From Eledone cirrhosa (taxonomy: Eukaryota), in contig OZ024741.1 in assembly GCA_964016885.1 (NCBI GenBank), positions 84,134,001-84,198,000 of the forward strand: a stretch of 64,000 nt of DNA. The letters run 5' to 3'. Shown here piece by piece: positions 1-13,087 of this stretch. The notes under the pieces were generated by a model. It did not search any database, had not been told where the DNA came from, and saw only the letters and a list, made by a program, of their open reading frames with translations. Each line of letters begins with the position of its first letter. The first letter of the stretch is position 1. A program made the translations under genes and the position numbers.

Positions 1-283
1 TGAATGTCTGCATAACTAAAAGTTTGTAGATAGCAGCTGTTTTAGGTTATGTAACTGTTATAGAAACACGTGTCAATAAATTCCTTTCAACTAAACTGTA
101 TCCATTCAAATCTTTCTATTTTTCTCCGGATTACTTTTGGAACTACAACTGGAACCGTCGAGCAAACTCTACGTGAGCTGATAATCTACTGTGTGTAATA
201 TTTATATTACAACACAACGGAAAATACTGTATATTTACCTCCTGTAAAGTCGAGCAACCCATACAGCAAACGCAACCACAACA

Positions 284-2605
284 ATGGAAAAGCACTACCT
301 GGATATGTCACTCAAAAACATACCAACCCAAGGTAGAAAGGAATATTTATTGAGTATGATTAAAAAAACTAAAGAATTCATTCGACGTGTCAGGTGGAAA
401 ACGCTCCACTATGATAGAAGCCGTATGAACTCAACATTAGAAAGTGGTGTAAACAACAAATTCGGTTTTAGGACTTGTAAAAACCCACCCACCAACCCAC
501 TATTAGATGCACTTGAGCAGGACCTTATGAACTTAATCCTTAAAATTAAATTCAAAGGACGCAACACCAACAGCAAATTACAGAAAGATATAAAAAAACT
601 ACTGGACGACCTTAAAAACACCAAAGGAATTGTAGTAAAAGCGGACAAAACATCAAACCTGTACACTATGGATTGCACTACATACAACAACTTCATTCGA
701 AAAGAATTACATAAAAAATATAGAAAAACGAGTGAAGTAACCCTTAAGCACATCAATGATGAGGCATGCGAAATAGTGAAAAATCTCGGAATCGAAGATA
801 GGACAGGACCACTCTTACCGGCGGTACCCACCTTCAATCTTAAGGACCACAAGGTAAACTTTGATAATGACCCTAAAATTAGATTAATCTGCCCCTCTAA
901 ATCAGATATAGGTAAAATAAGCAAATATATCTTAGATAGAATCATCCCCCAAATTAAGGCTAAGGTTAACATTAAACACTGGGGGAAGACCCAAGAAGCA
1001 ATAAGATGGTTTAATAGCATTAGCAATAAGAATAAATCTAAGTTTATCCAGTTTGATATCGATGAATATTACTCATCGATATCACCTGAAACTTTGAATA
1101 GAGCCATTAAGTTTGCTAAGGATAACTCTGACCTTACAAACGATGAAATTAAGATTATATTAGAAGCTAGGAAAACTATAGTCAAATTTGAGAACAGTTA
1201 TTGGGTACGTAAAGATAGACCCTCTAACTTTGACATAACAATGGGCTCTAACGATTCGGCGGAAATAACTGATATTGTGGGGTTATTTATCGCCTTTAGA
1301 CTCCAGGAAAAATTCAGCAATCTCCACGGCGGAATATACCGCGACGATGTTCTCCTCCTAGCTAAAAACCTTAATAACCAAAAACTAGAAAAACTACGCA
1401 AAGATATAAGAAAACTACTACTCGAAATAGGACTAACTATAACATATGAATACAACCTTAAAGTAGTTAACTTCCTGGATGTCACACTCAATTTAAACTC
1501 TGGTTTGATTAAACCGTTTCATAAATTGAATGAAAATCTCAAATACGTAAATGTTGGGTCTAATCACCCCATCTCTATAATTAAATCTATCCCTAAAAAT
1601 ATTTCCCTTAGAATCTCGGGTCTATCTTCTAACATACAAGTATTTAAGGGACACGCCGAGTACTACGATAACGCCCTTAGTAAAGCAGGCTACCTCAACA
1701 AAATAGAGTACATAGATGGGAACAATCAAAACACCCAAAATAAATCCCACATAGGTAGATATAATAACACAACACCAAACCACACTTACTCCCATAGTAT
1801 GCACACCAGTAAACCAACAAACAAAACTAATAGAAAGCGATGCAAAGAGTACTTATGGTATAACCCCGAATACAATAGTTCCATTAGTACAAATTTACCA
1901 GTACTCTTCTTTAAAATAATTAAAAGACATTTTCCCACATCACACAAATACCACAAAATCCTAAACCCTACCACTATAAGACTGTCATACTCTACAGCGT
2001 TAAACCTTGAACAACACATAAAAAAGATCAATACTAGAAGGTTAAACGAAAACACTAAGAACTTAAGTACAAAGAATACAAAAAAAACAGTAGACAATAC
2101 ACTACAGAACATAAATAAACCACACCTAAGTTCGTCCGCAATACTACTCCAGAGAAAACCCAACGTACACAACTGTAACTGCACCTATCCTGACAACTGC
2201 CCCCTCGGCAATAACTGCCTGGAAAAAAATATTATTTATAAGTGTACCATTAAATCCGGAGGCAACGAGTGGTATTACGTGGGATCAACGGCAACATCGT
2301 TTAAATCTCGATTGTATAGGCATTCTTACTCAATAAAACACCAGAGCCAAAGAAATGTAACAACTTTAGCAGAAGAAGCTTGGACGCTCAGGGATAGCGA
2401 TCAAAAGTTTACCCTAAAATGGGAACAATTAGCTAAAACCCAAAGCTTTTCCAGGAGCCAAAATTTCTGCAAATTGTGTAATCTTGAGATTTATTACATA
2501 ATCACACACAAGAAGAAACTGCTGAATAACAGAATTGAACGAACATTATTCTGCCGTCACAGAACTAAAACCCTTTTTTCCCACTACAAGCCGAATATTA
2601 CATAA
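284..2605 (+). CDS. PLE (Naiad-type) reverse transcriptase + C-terminal GIY-YIG endonuclease, 773 aa, uninterrupted
   Basis: N-terminal SLKNIP..EY..K.KEFIRRVRWK; KADKT; LKDHK..F...PKIRLICP; FDIDEYY; MGSND; YRDD; FLDV; CNC...CPL.N.C; IIYKC...YVGST; CKLC; CRH. Confidence 0.95.
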   Translation: MEKHYLDMSLKNIPTQGRKEYLLSMIKKTKEFIRRVRWKTLHYDRSRMNSTLESGVNNKFGFRTCKNPPTNPLLDALEQDLMNLILKIKFKGRNTNSKLQKDIKKLLDDLKNTKGIVVKADKTSNLYTMDCTTYNNFIRKELHKKYRKTSEVTLKHINDEACEIVKNLGIEDRTGPLLPAVPTFNLKDHKVNFDNDPKIRLICPSKSDIGKISKYILDRIIPQIKAKVNIKHWGKTQEAIRWFNSISNKNKSKFIQFDIDEYYSSISPETLNRAIKFAKDNSDLTNDEIKIILEARKTIVKFENSYWVRKDRPSNFDITMGSNDSAEITDIVGLFIAFRLQEKFSNLHGGIYRDDVLLLAKNLNNQKLEKLRKDIRKLLLEIGLTITYEYNLKVVNFLDVTLNLNSGLIKPFHKLNENLKYVNVGSNHPISIIKSIPKNISLRISGLSSNIQVFKGHAEYYDNALSKAGYLNKIEYIDGNNQNTQNKSHIGRYNNTTPNHTYSHSMHTSKPTNKTNRKRCKEYLWYNPEYNSSISTNLPVLFFKIIKRHFPTSHKYHKILNPTTIRLSYSTALNLEQHIKKINTRRLNENTKNLSTKNTKKTVDNTLQNINKPHLSSSAILLQRKPNVHNCNCTYPDNCPLGNNCLEKNIIYKCTIKSGGNEWYYVGSTATSFKSRLYRHSYSIKHQSQRNVTTLAEEAWTLRDSDQKFTLKWEQLAKTQSFSRSQNFCKLCNLEIYYIITHKKKLLNNRIERTLFCRHRTKTLFSHYKPNIT

Positions 2606-2872
2606 AAGAGGGACATCCCCCAACTATATAAACCTTAATCTAGTTAGAAAAATATAAAAACAATCTCTTCTCAACATATATTAATAACCTTAAATTACCA
2701 CACTAATAATGGAAAGATATGCTGATGAGAATAGGTACAAATATGCGATAATGAATGTGTCAAAAAATGTCCATAAGTATGTATATATATGTGAAAATGT
2801 ATATAAATAAGTAAATATATATATATGTTTGATGTGTATAGTTAGATGTAAGTGTATTCATGTATTAAAGTG

Positions 2873-3003
<131 letters not shown>

Positions 3004-3526
3004 GTGTATATGGATGTGTATGTATGTGTATGTGTGTACACATGGACTAGAGTATGTATGTATATATGTGTGTGTCTATACGTGTGTATATAAAGATAAG
3101 TTGAGTATGAAAATGTATACACATGAGCGTGTATGTATGTACATGAATACATGTGTGTATATATATGTGTATGCATGTGTATATATATGTAAGTATAAAT
3201 ATGTGAATTGTGAGTATATGTATTTTGTAGAGGTGTGCAAATATATTTGTGTGTGAATGCGTGGGTGAAAGGATACGTACACTTGAAAGAAAAATTTAAG
3301 TCTGAATGTTAATTAAGTGCAAACACAAAACCAACCACGCATATCTTTACTACCTCTAATCCTTCTATAGATTTAGAAAAATAACCAATAATATATTCTA
3401 TAAAAAATGTCAAAACAACAGATGGGAATCTAATTACTCACTGCCACCAAGAATTCTCACTGCTATCGAAAAACCACTCCTTCAACTATTCTTCTAACAA
3501 CTTCACCCCTCCCTCCTAATATTCTC

Positions 3527-3551
3527 TATAAAAACTAAATAGGTCCTCAGT
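3527..3551 (+). promoter_or_regulatory. Candidate TATA box (TATAAAA) and TCAGT initiator-like motif in the pLTR (copy at 7081-7105)
   Basis: TATAAAA about 30 nt upstream of the hammerhead-like core, after a C-rich tract. Motif match only. Confidence 0.4.
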
Positions 3552-3554
3552 AAT

Positions 3555-3610
3555 ATTATTCTGATGAAATGACAGTAAATAATAACATTGAAATATTGAA
3601 TGTCTGCATA
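3555..3610 (+). ncRNA. Atypical hammerhead-like motif in Naiad pLTR
   Basis: CTGATGA-aatg...catt-GAAA; possible stem III ATAT/ATGT with GUC; stem I weak. Confidence 0.5.
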
Positions 3611-3879
3611 ACTAAAAGTTTGTAGATAGCAGCTGTTTTAGGTTATGTAACTGTTATAGAAACACGTGTCAATAAATTCCTTTCAACTAAACTGTATCCA
3701 TTCAAATCTTTCTATTTTTCTCCGGATTACTTTTGGAACTACAACTGGAACCGTCGAGCAAACTCTACGTGAGCTGATAATCTACTGTGTGTAATATTTA
3801 TATTACAACACAACGGAAAATACTGTATATTTACCTCCTGTAAAGTCGAGCAACCCATACAGCAAACGCAACCACAACA

Positions 3880-6201
3880 ATGGAAAAGCACTACCTGGAT
3901 ATGTCACTCAAAAACATACCAACCCAAGGTAGAAAGGAATATTTATTGAGTATGATTAAAAAAACTAAAGAATTCATTCGACGTGTCAGGTGGAAAACGC
4001 TCCACTATGATAGAAGCCGTATGAACTCAACATTAGAAAGTGGTGTAAACAACAAATTCGGTTTTAGGACTTGTAAAAACCCACCCACCAACCCACTATT
4101 AGATGCACTTGAGCAGGACCTTATGAACTTAATCCTTAAAATTAAATTCAAAGGACGCAACACCAACAGCAAATTACAGAAAGATATAAAAAAACTACTG
4201 GACGACCTTAAAAACACCAAAGGAATTGTAGTAAAAGCGGACAAAACATCAAACCTGTACACTATGGATTGCACTACATACAACAACTTCATTCGAAAAG
4301 AATTACATAAAAAATATAGAAAAACGAGTGAAGTAACCCTTAAGCACATCAATGATGAGGCATGCGAAATAGTGAAAAATCTCGGAATCGAAGATAGGAC
4401 AGGACCACTCTTACCGGCGGTACCCACCTTCAATCTTAAGGACCACAAGGTAAACTTTGATAATGACCCTAAAATTAGATTAATCTGCCCCTCTAAATCA
4501 GATATAGGTAAAATAAGCAAATATATCTTAGATAGAATCATCCCCCAAATTAAGGCTAAGGTTAACATTAAACACTGGGGGAAGACCCAAGAAGCAATAA
4601 GATGGTTTAATAGCATTAGCAATAAGAATAAATCTAAGTTTATCCAGTTTGATATCGATGAATATTACTCATCGATATCACCTGAAACTTTGAATAGAGC
4701 CATTAAGTTTGCTAAGGATAACTCTGACCTTACAAACGATGAAATTAAGATTATATTAGAAGCTAGGAAAACTATAGTCAAATTTGAGAACAGTTATTGG
4801 GTACGTAAAGATAGACCCTCTAACTTTGACATAACAATGGGCTCTAACGATTCGGCGGAAATAACTGATATTGTGGGGTTATTTATCGCCTTTAGACTCC
4901 AGGAAAAATTCAGCAATCTCCACGGCGGAATATACCGCGACGATGTTCTCCTCCTAGCTAAAAACCTTAATAACCAAAAACTAGAAAAACTACGCAAAGA
5001 TATAAGAAAACTACTACTCGAAATAGGACTAACTATAACATATGAATACAACCTTAAAGTAGTTAACTTCCTGGATGTCACACTCAATTTAAACTCTGGT
5101 TTGATTAAACCGTTTCATAAATTGAATGAAAATCTCAAATACGTAAATGTTGGGTCTAATCACCCCATCTCTATAATTAAATCTATCCCTAAAAATATTT
5201 CCCTTAGAATCTCGGGTCTATCTTCTAACATACAAGTATTTAAGGGACACGCCGAGTACTACGATAACGCCCTTAGTAAAGCAGGCTACCTCAACAAAAT
5301 AGAGTACATAGATGGGAACAATCAAAACACCCAAAATAAATCCCACATAGGTAGATATAATAACACAACACCAAACCACACTTACTCCCATAGTATGCAC
5401 ACCAGTAAACCAACAAACAAAACTAATAGAAAGCGATGCAAAGAGTACTTATGGTATAACCCCGAATACAATAGTTCCATTAGTACAAATTTACCAGTAC
5501 TCTTCTTTAAAATAATTAAAAGACATTTTCCCACATCACACAAATACCACAAAATCCTAAACCCTACCACTATAAGACTGTCATACTCTACAGCGTTAAA
5601 CCTTGAACAACACATAAAAAAGATCAATACTAGAAGGTTAAACGAAAACACTAAGAACTTAAGTACAAAGAATACAAAAAAAACAGTAGACAATACACTA
5701 CAGAACATAAATAAACCACACCTAAGTTCGTCCGCAATACTACTCCAGAGAAAACCCAACGTACACAACTGTAACTGCACCTATCCTGACAACTGCCCCC
5801 TCGGCAATAACTGCCTGGAAAAAAATATTATTTATAAGTGTACCATTAAATCCGGAGGCAACGAGTGGTATTACGTGGGATCAACGGCAACATCGTTTAA
5901 ATCTCGATTGTATAGGCATTCTTACTCAATAAAACACCAGAGCCAAAGAAATGTAACAACTTTAGCAGAAGAAGCTTGGACGCTCAGGGATAGCGATCAA
6001 AAGTTTACCCTAAAATGGGAACAATTAGCTAAAACCCAAAGCTTTTCCAGGAGCCAAAATTTCTGCAAATTGTGTAATCTTGAGATTTATTACATAATCA
6101 CACACAAGAAGAAACTGCTGAATAACAGAATTGAACGAACATTATTCTGCCGTCACAGAACTAAAACCCTTTTTTCCCACTACAAGCCGAATATTACATA
6201 A
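3880..6201 (+). CDS. Second copy of Naiad RT+GIY-YIG ORF, 773 aa
   Basis: Translation appears identical to 284-2605. Confidence 0.95.
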   Translation: MEKHYLDMSLKNIPTQGRKEYLLSMIKKTKEFIRRVRWKTLHYDRSRMNSTLESGVNNKFGFRTCKNPPTNPLLDALEQDLMNLILKIKFKGRNTNSKLQKDIKKLLDDLKNTKGIVVKADKTSNLYTMDCTTYNNFIRKELHKKYRKTSEVTLKHINDEACEIVKNLGIEDRTGPLLPAVPTFNLKDHKVNFDNDPKIRLICPSKSDIGKISKYILDRIIPQIKAKVNIKHWGKTQEAIRWFNSISNKNKSKFIQFDIDEYYSSISPETLNRAIKFAKDNSDLTNDEIKIILEARKTIVKFENSYWVRKDRPSNFDITMGSNDSAEITDIVGLFIAFRLQEKFSNLHGGIYRDDVLLLAKNLNNQKLEKLRKDIRKLLLEIGLTITYEYNLKVVNFLDVTLNLNSGLIKPFHKLNENLKYVNVGSNHPISIIKSIPKNISLRISGLSSNIQVFKGHAEYYDNALSKAGYLNKIEYIDGNNQNTQNKSHIGRYNNTTPNHTYSHSMHTSKPTNKTNRKRCKEYLWYNPEYNSSISTNLPVLFFKIIKRHFPTSHKYHKILNPTTIRLSYSTALNLEQHIKKINTRRLNENTKNLSTKNTKKTVDNTLQNINKPHLSSSAILLQRKPNVHNCNCTYPDNCPLGNNCLEKNIIYKCTIKSGGNEWYYVGSTATSFKSRLYRHSYSIKHQSQRNVTTLAEEAWTLRDSDQKFTLKWEQLAKTQSFSRSQNFCKLCNLEIYYIITHKKKLLNNRIERTLFCRHRTKTLFSHYKPNIT

Positions 6202-6468
6202 AAGAGGGACATCCCCCAACTATATAAACCTTAATCTAGTTAGAAAAATATAAAAACAATCTCTTCTCAACATATATTAATAACCTTAAATTACCACACT
6301 AATAATGGAAAGATATGCTGATGAGAATAGGTACAAATATGCGATAATGAATGTGTCAAAAAATGTCCATAAGTATGTATATATATGTGAAAATGTATAT
6401 AAATAAGTAAATATATATATATGTTTGATGTGTATAGTTAGATGTAAGTGTATTCATGTATTAAAGTG

Positions 6469-6554
<86 letters not shown>

Positions 6555-7108
6555 AATGTGTATATGGATGTGTATCTATGTGTATGTGTGTACATATGGA
6601 CTAGAGTATGTATGTATATATGTGTGTGTCTATACGTGTGTATATAAAGATAAGTTGAGTATGAAAATGTATACACATGAGCGCGTATGTATGTACATGA
6701 ATACATGTGTGTATATATATGTGTATGCATGTGTATATATATGTAAGTATAAATATGTGAATTGTGAGTATATGTATTTTGTAGAGGTGTGCAAATATAT
6801 TTGTGTGTGAATGCGTGGGTGAAAGGATACGTACACTTGAAAGAAAAATTTAAGTCTGAATGTTAATTAAGTGCAAACACAAAACCAACCACGCATATCT
6901 TTACTATCTCTAATCCTTCTATAGATTTAGAAAAATAACCAATAATATATTCTATAAAAAATGTCAAAACAACAGATGGGAATCTAATTACTCACTGCCA
7001 CCAAGAATTCTCACTGCTATCGAAAAACCACTCCTTCAACTATTCTTCTAACAACTTCACCCCTCCCTCCTAATATTCTCTATAAAAACTAAATAGGTCC
7101 TCAGTAAT

Positions 7109-7164
7109 ATTATTCTGATGAAATGACAGTAAATAATAACATTGAAATATTGAATGTCTGCATA
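7109..7164 (+). ncRNA. Atypical hammerhead-like motif in terminal Naiad pLTR
   Basis: Same sequence as 3555-3610. Confidence 0.5.
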
Positions 7165-7329
7165 ACTAAAAGTTTGTAGATAGCAGCTGTTTTAGGTTAT
7201 GTAACTGTTATAGAAACACGTGTCAATAAATTCCTTTCAACTAAACTGTATCCATTCAAATCTTTCTATATATAAATATATATTTATTAATATAACAGAT
7301 TAAAGTTTAAGCAATTTTATTATTATTAC

Positions 7330-7395
<66 letters not shown>

Positions 7396-7399
<4 letters not shown>

Positions 7400-8077
7400 G
7401 GATTTAATGCTCTGAAATAGTGATATATATGTGTAAGAAAACATAGAATATTCGAAAATATTCTGTATGTTTATGATAAACATTTTGAAGACCTAATCGC
7501 TATAGAATAGAATACGTCACGTATTACAATTTGAGATTCTCGATAAAAGCAAGGGAAGTAACCTACGCGTTTCATTCTTATTTGAAATCATCAGGATTAC
7601 ATATCCAATGCTTTTATCGAGAATGACACAGCTAGAGACTTATAGAATACTTAGCTGTGTACAGGAACTGGTTTGAAAGAACGGTTGCCGGTCCGGCAGA
7701 AATTAGAATTTGGATTTAATGCTCTGAAATAGCGATATATATGTGAAGAAAACATAGAATATTCGAAAATATTCTGTATGTTTATAATAAACATTTTGAA
7801 GACCTAATCGCTATAGAATAGAATACGTCACGTATTACAATTTGAGATTCTCGATAAAAGCAAGGGAAGTAACCTACGCGATTCATTCTTATTTGAAATC
7901 ATCAGGTTACATATCCAATGCTTTTATCGAGAATGACACAGCTAGAGACTTATAGAATACTTAGCTGTGTACAGGAACTGGTTTGAAAGAGCGGTTGCCG
8001 GTCCGGCAGAAATTAGAATTTGGATGTAATGCTCTGAAATAGCGATATATATGTGAAGAAAACAGAATATTCGAAAA
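7396..8077 (-). mobile_element. Retrozyme-like family A, about 2.2 tandem units of ~310 bp
   Basis: Homologous to the 37.5-41.3 kb array; (TA)n on the left. Hammerheads at 7558-7600 (intact) and 7869-7910 (GAAA changed to GAAU). Confidence 0.88.
7558..7600 (-). ncRNA. Type I hammerhead ribozyme (family A)
   Basis: Minus strand: gtaatc CTGATGA t ttc aaataa gaa t GAAACGCGTA ggttac. Stem I 6 bp, palindromic stem III ACGCGT, GUA site. Confidence 0.9.
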
Positions 8078-8110
8078 TGTTTTCTTCACATAAAATACAC
8101 ACCGATATAC

Positions 8111-8174
<64 letters not shown>

Positions 8175-8531
8175 TTATATAGAGAGACATATACATATAC
8201 ATATATAAATATATAGACACACATACATACACACATATATATATACATATACTCACAACACACATATATATACACATATATGTACATACACATACACACA
8301 TACATACATATACATATATATATACACACATATATATACACATACATATATACACACATATATACATATACATACACGCACATATATATACACGCACACA
8401 TACATATACGTATATATACATACACATACACATATCCATGTATATATATACACATACATACACACATCTCTACAAATATATATACACATACACATACATA
8501 CACACATATATATATACACATATATATACAC

Positions 8532-8605
<74 letters not shown>

Positions 8606-8879
8606 CATACACACTTATTTACATGCGCACATATGTATTTTTATACTCACATACAAACACCCAAACATACATACATACTTACATACACATACATACATCC
8701 ACGCTTACAAATACGAATAATTATAGGGGGGGGATTAAAATTATTAGTGGGAAATAGTAAATATAGGTTTCAAGGAACATAGAATATTAATCTGCATTTA
8801 GATCATAATATGTGTTTACATAGTAGTTTCAGTATTAGGAAATGTAAGAAAGAAGGCAAAATTATGCATTTTAATATAA

Positions 8880-9650
8880 GTAGACTATTAATTATAGGTT
8901 AACTAAATTAAAAATAGTTAATATATTGATTTCTAAGGTGTATACTACTTAGGTTTATAATATTTAAAGCGGAATTTTGAAGTTAAACAGTAGTAGAGTA
9001 TTAATTATAGCATAACTAAATTAAAAATATTAACATTATGGTATCAATTTTAGGAAATGAATTTAGTAATAGGGAAAACCAAATCAAGTATTTCATCGGT
9101 AGTAGAATATAAATTATAGGTTAACTAAACTAAAAATTATATAATAATTTCTATAGTATATGTTAATTAGGTTTATAATAATTAAAGCAGATTTTGTATT
9201 TTATCTATAGTAGAATATAATTATAGGTTAACAAAAATTAAAATTAATATATATATATATATTTATTTGTAAAGGATATATTAATTAGGTATATATTTAA
9301 AAGTTTATCTCAGTTTATGATTTCATGATATTCTGCAATCCATCTGTATTAGAATATTAATTTTAAGCTAACTAAATTAAAAATATAGGTTAACTAAATT
9401 AAAATTAATTTATAAATTAATTTCTAAATTGTACATTAATTAGGTTTATAATATTAAAAAGTATTTCTCTGTTATTGATTACACGATATTTTGTTATATT
9501 TCATCTGTAAAGGAATTTTAATAAAAGGTTAAATAAACTAAAATTAATCTATAAATTAATTTACAAAGTATATATTAATTATGTTAATAATATTTAAAAG
9601 TTTTTCACAATTTATGATTACACAGTATTTTTTAATCTCATCTGTATAAA
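8880..9650. repeat. Degenerate AT-rich tandem repeat (motif ataggttaactaaattaaaa, spacing about 110-140 bp)
   Basis: Motif variants near 8890, 9005, 9115, 9220, 9360, 9385 and 9525. Confidence 0.6.
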
Positions 9651-9655
9651 TATAT

Positions 9656-9686
<31 letters not shown>

Positions 9687-9699
9687 AATATATAAATAT

Positions 9700-9730
<31 letters not shown>

Positions 9731-9739
9731 AATATATAA

Positions 9740-9789
<50 letters not shown>

Positions 9790-9848
9790 TAATCTCATCT
9801 ATATAAATATATATATATATATAATCTCATCTATATAAATATATATAT

Positions 9849-9949
<101 letters not shown>

Positions 9950-10007
9950 TCTCATCTATATAAATATATATATATATATAAATATATATATATATAAATA
10001 TATAAAT

Positions 10008-10065
<58 letters not shown>

Positions 10066-10594
10066 TAATACTTTATATTCTGCTCCAAATTATTTGTTGA
10101 GCAAAATTTGCCAAATTACTACTGTGACTGATAGAAGTGGCTAGGCTCTGTCTTAATAGCACCCCCACTCCAAGCTGGTTAACCTCAGTGTCACATGATT
10201 AATTCTTTTGAATTTGCCATTTGACCAAGAAGGCAGCGAATTTTTCAGTGGCCTGGAATCTAGACCCGCTCGCTTTTTTCGCTTTTTTCCATCCAGTGAA
10301 TTATTGTTATATAAGTTTCCAGTGTCCCCCATTGCCTGGCAGCTTAGCTGAGAATAGACTCCCTGATAACGTAACGCTTTTCTACAGGTATTACATAACT
10401 GTATTTATCCCCTTACAGAAACTAATTAGTTGGAGTGAAATTTTAGTAAGTAAGTCAATTTTCATAACTTTATTATTTACGTCTTTCATATAATTGTTCT
10501 GCATTCCCCTGCATAGAACTACAAAGTTACTAAGACAAAACATATATATCTGCTAGCATAGGTATGCATCTGTATACATATGTCGGTAGATATA

Positions 10595-10661
<67 letters not shown>

Positions 10662-10674
10662 TATAAATATATAA

Positions 10675-10724
<50 letters not shown>

Positions 10725-10835
10725 TATATATATAAATATATATATAAATATATATATAAATATATATATAAATATATATATAAATATATATATATAAATA
10801 TATATATATAAATATATATATAAATATATATATAA

Positions 10836-11010
<175 letters not shown>

Positions 11011-11756
11011 CAAATATAAATTACCGAGAATCGTATTTCAGCTCAGGAATTAACGAAAATCAACGTCCGATATGTGTGGCAAGCGCTCGATGATTCAAGT
11101 GAATCAGAGCTACAACATACGTTAAGGGCAAAACACAATGAGATGATGGTTAAACAGATCATCAGCATAGCCAAAACAAACGACCAAGTATTTCGGGTTA
11201 AACAATAAATATATATGTGTTGATATTTTACCCGGACCCTGGACTGATGGTAAAATCCAGTATTTGGTTTCTGCGACTCCAAAATCAGGTACTGTCCGCC
11301 TACATAAAGAATGTTGGGCTTCTGGTAAGATGATTGAACAAGGAAGCCGTGTTATCAACGGGTTTTTGCTCCAAAATGCTATACATAAGTGTGGCTATTA
11401 CTGACTCCACGTGGAGTTCAGCAAGGGAGGCAACACCTATATTAGGCGAATGATTCAGTTGTGTATAATATTGCGAGAATGCAAAATATCACAAATCGAA
11501 TAAAGCTCTCGACAGAATGGTTAAATATAACAGAGCTATTCAACAGTCAATAGAAGCAACTAAAAAATCAATAAAATTAACTGCTCAATAGCTAGACTTT
11601 ATATTTTTTTTTTAGTACATGTTGGTTGTATACCAACACCTCAGTATGCAGATTGGAGCACTCGACGAAGTGCGCAGGTTGGTTTGGTTACTCCGGAGTA
11701 ATGTAAAATAAAATAAAATAAATAAGTTAAATGTTTAAAATTTAACTTCGTTTATT

Positions 11757-11811
11757 ACTGCTATATATATTTCGGTGACAGCCATCTTTGGCTGTGACCT
11801 CTTCAGGCAAT
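11757..11811 (-). ncRNA. Type I hammerhead ribozyme in a PLE pLTR relic (about 11690-12380)
   Basis: Minus strand: attgc CTGAAGA ggtcacagcca aaga tggctgtcacc GAAATATATATA gcagt. Confidence 0.85.
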
Positions 11812-12530
11812 CCGAATTAGTGTGGTATAGACAAGTACATATGTTTTGAGGTGTATAACTTTGTCAATACTCTGATATGCCCAGTTCCTGGTTGGGTTGT
11901 TATTTCACTGAGGAACTGGAATCATATGAATTCAAACAAACGAATTTCAGTGTCAAAGGGCCTCTTCTCCTCTCATTGGTCAGTTGTTAGAACATTCCTC
12001 ATTCAAAAGTCTATAGAAATTCGTTCTGAGGCAAGCCAATCTGTAGTTATTGTTAGATATATCTGACCTCAATTCTTGTGTTGGTAGTGTTGTTATTGTT
12101 GGAGTTAGCTGAAAGAAATTGATAAAGTGGTAGAAGGAATAAGATGGTAAAGAAACAAAATAACAAAAAAATGTCAAACTTCCCATTGGTCAGTTTTGAG
12201 AGCATTCCTCAGTCCGAAGTCTATAGAAATTATTTCTAGGGTGAGGCTCCCTGTAAAGTTTAACACATTGTTTAGCTCTCGTTTTTAACTATTGAGCACT
12301 TTGCCTGTATCATTTCTGATTTTTGCGTTTCGCTTCGCTTTTCCTGCCCGCCGAAAATGCGATTCTCACTGAATCTTTATTTGTATATATATATATACAA
12401 ATAAAGATTATATATATATTTTTTTTAAGTAAGACTCCAGTTGCATTTTCGATTTCATCTTTTTTTCTTTATACTTTCACACGTGTAGGACACTTCGGTT
12501 ATTTTACATTTTGTAAAAAATAAACGTCAA

Positions 12531-12613
<83 letters not shown>

Positions 12614-12641
12614 ATTATATATATATATATATATATATGTG

Positions 12642-12759
<118 letters not shown>

Positions 12760-12779
12760 TATATATATATATATATATG

Positions 12780-12877
<98 letters not shown>

Positions 12878-12951
12878 TATATATATATATAATTATATAT
12901 ATATATATATATATGATTATATATATATATAATTATATATATATATATATG

Positions 12952-13005
<54 letters not shown>

Positions 13006-13051
13006 TATATATATATATATATAAATATATGATTATATATATAAATATATG

Positions 13052-13085
<34 letters not shown>

Positions 13086-13087
<2 letters not shown>

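Noticed and set aside
1-10. Window starts almost exactly at the Naiad hammerhead-like site
   Set aside because: Cannot be distinguished from arbitrary window or contig placement.
409-2184. Antisense ORFs over the Naiad ORF (and over the Tx1 and Neptune ORFs)
   Set aside because: Shadow frames of compositionally biased coding strands; no recognisable motifs.
2718-2760. Second hammerhead at gCTGATGAgaatagg
   Set aside because: No stem II or downstream GAAA in register.
10070-10520. Possible host exon (minus-strand frame with DGKKRKKRA)
   Set aside because: Short, no recognisable domain and no convincing splice sites.
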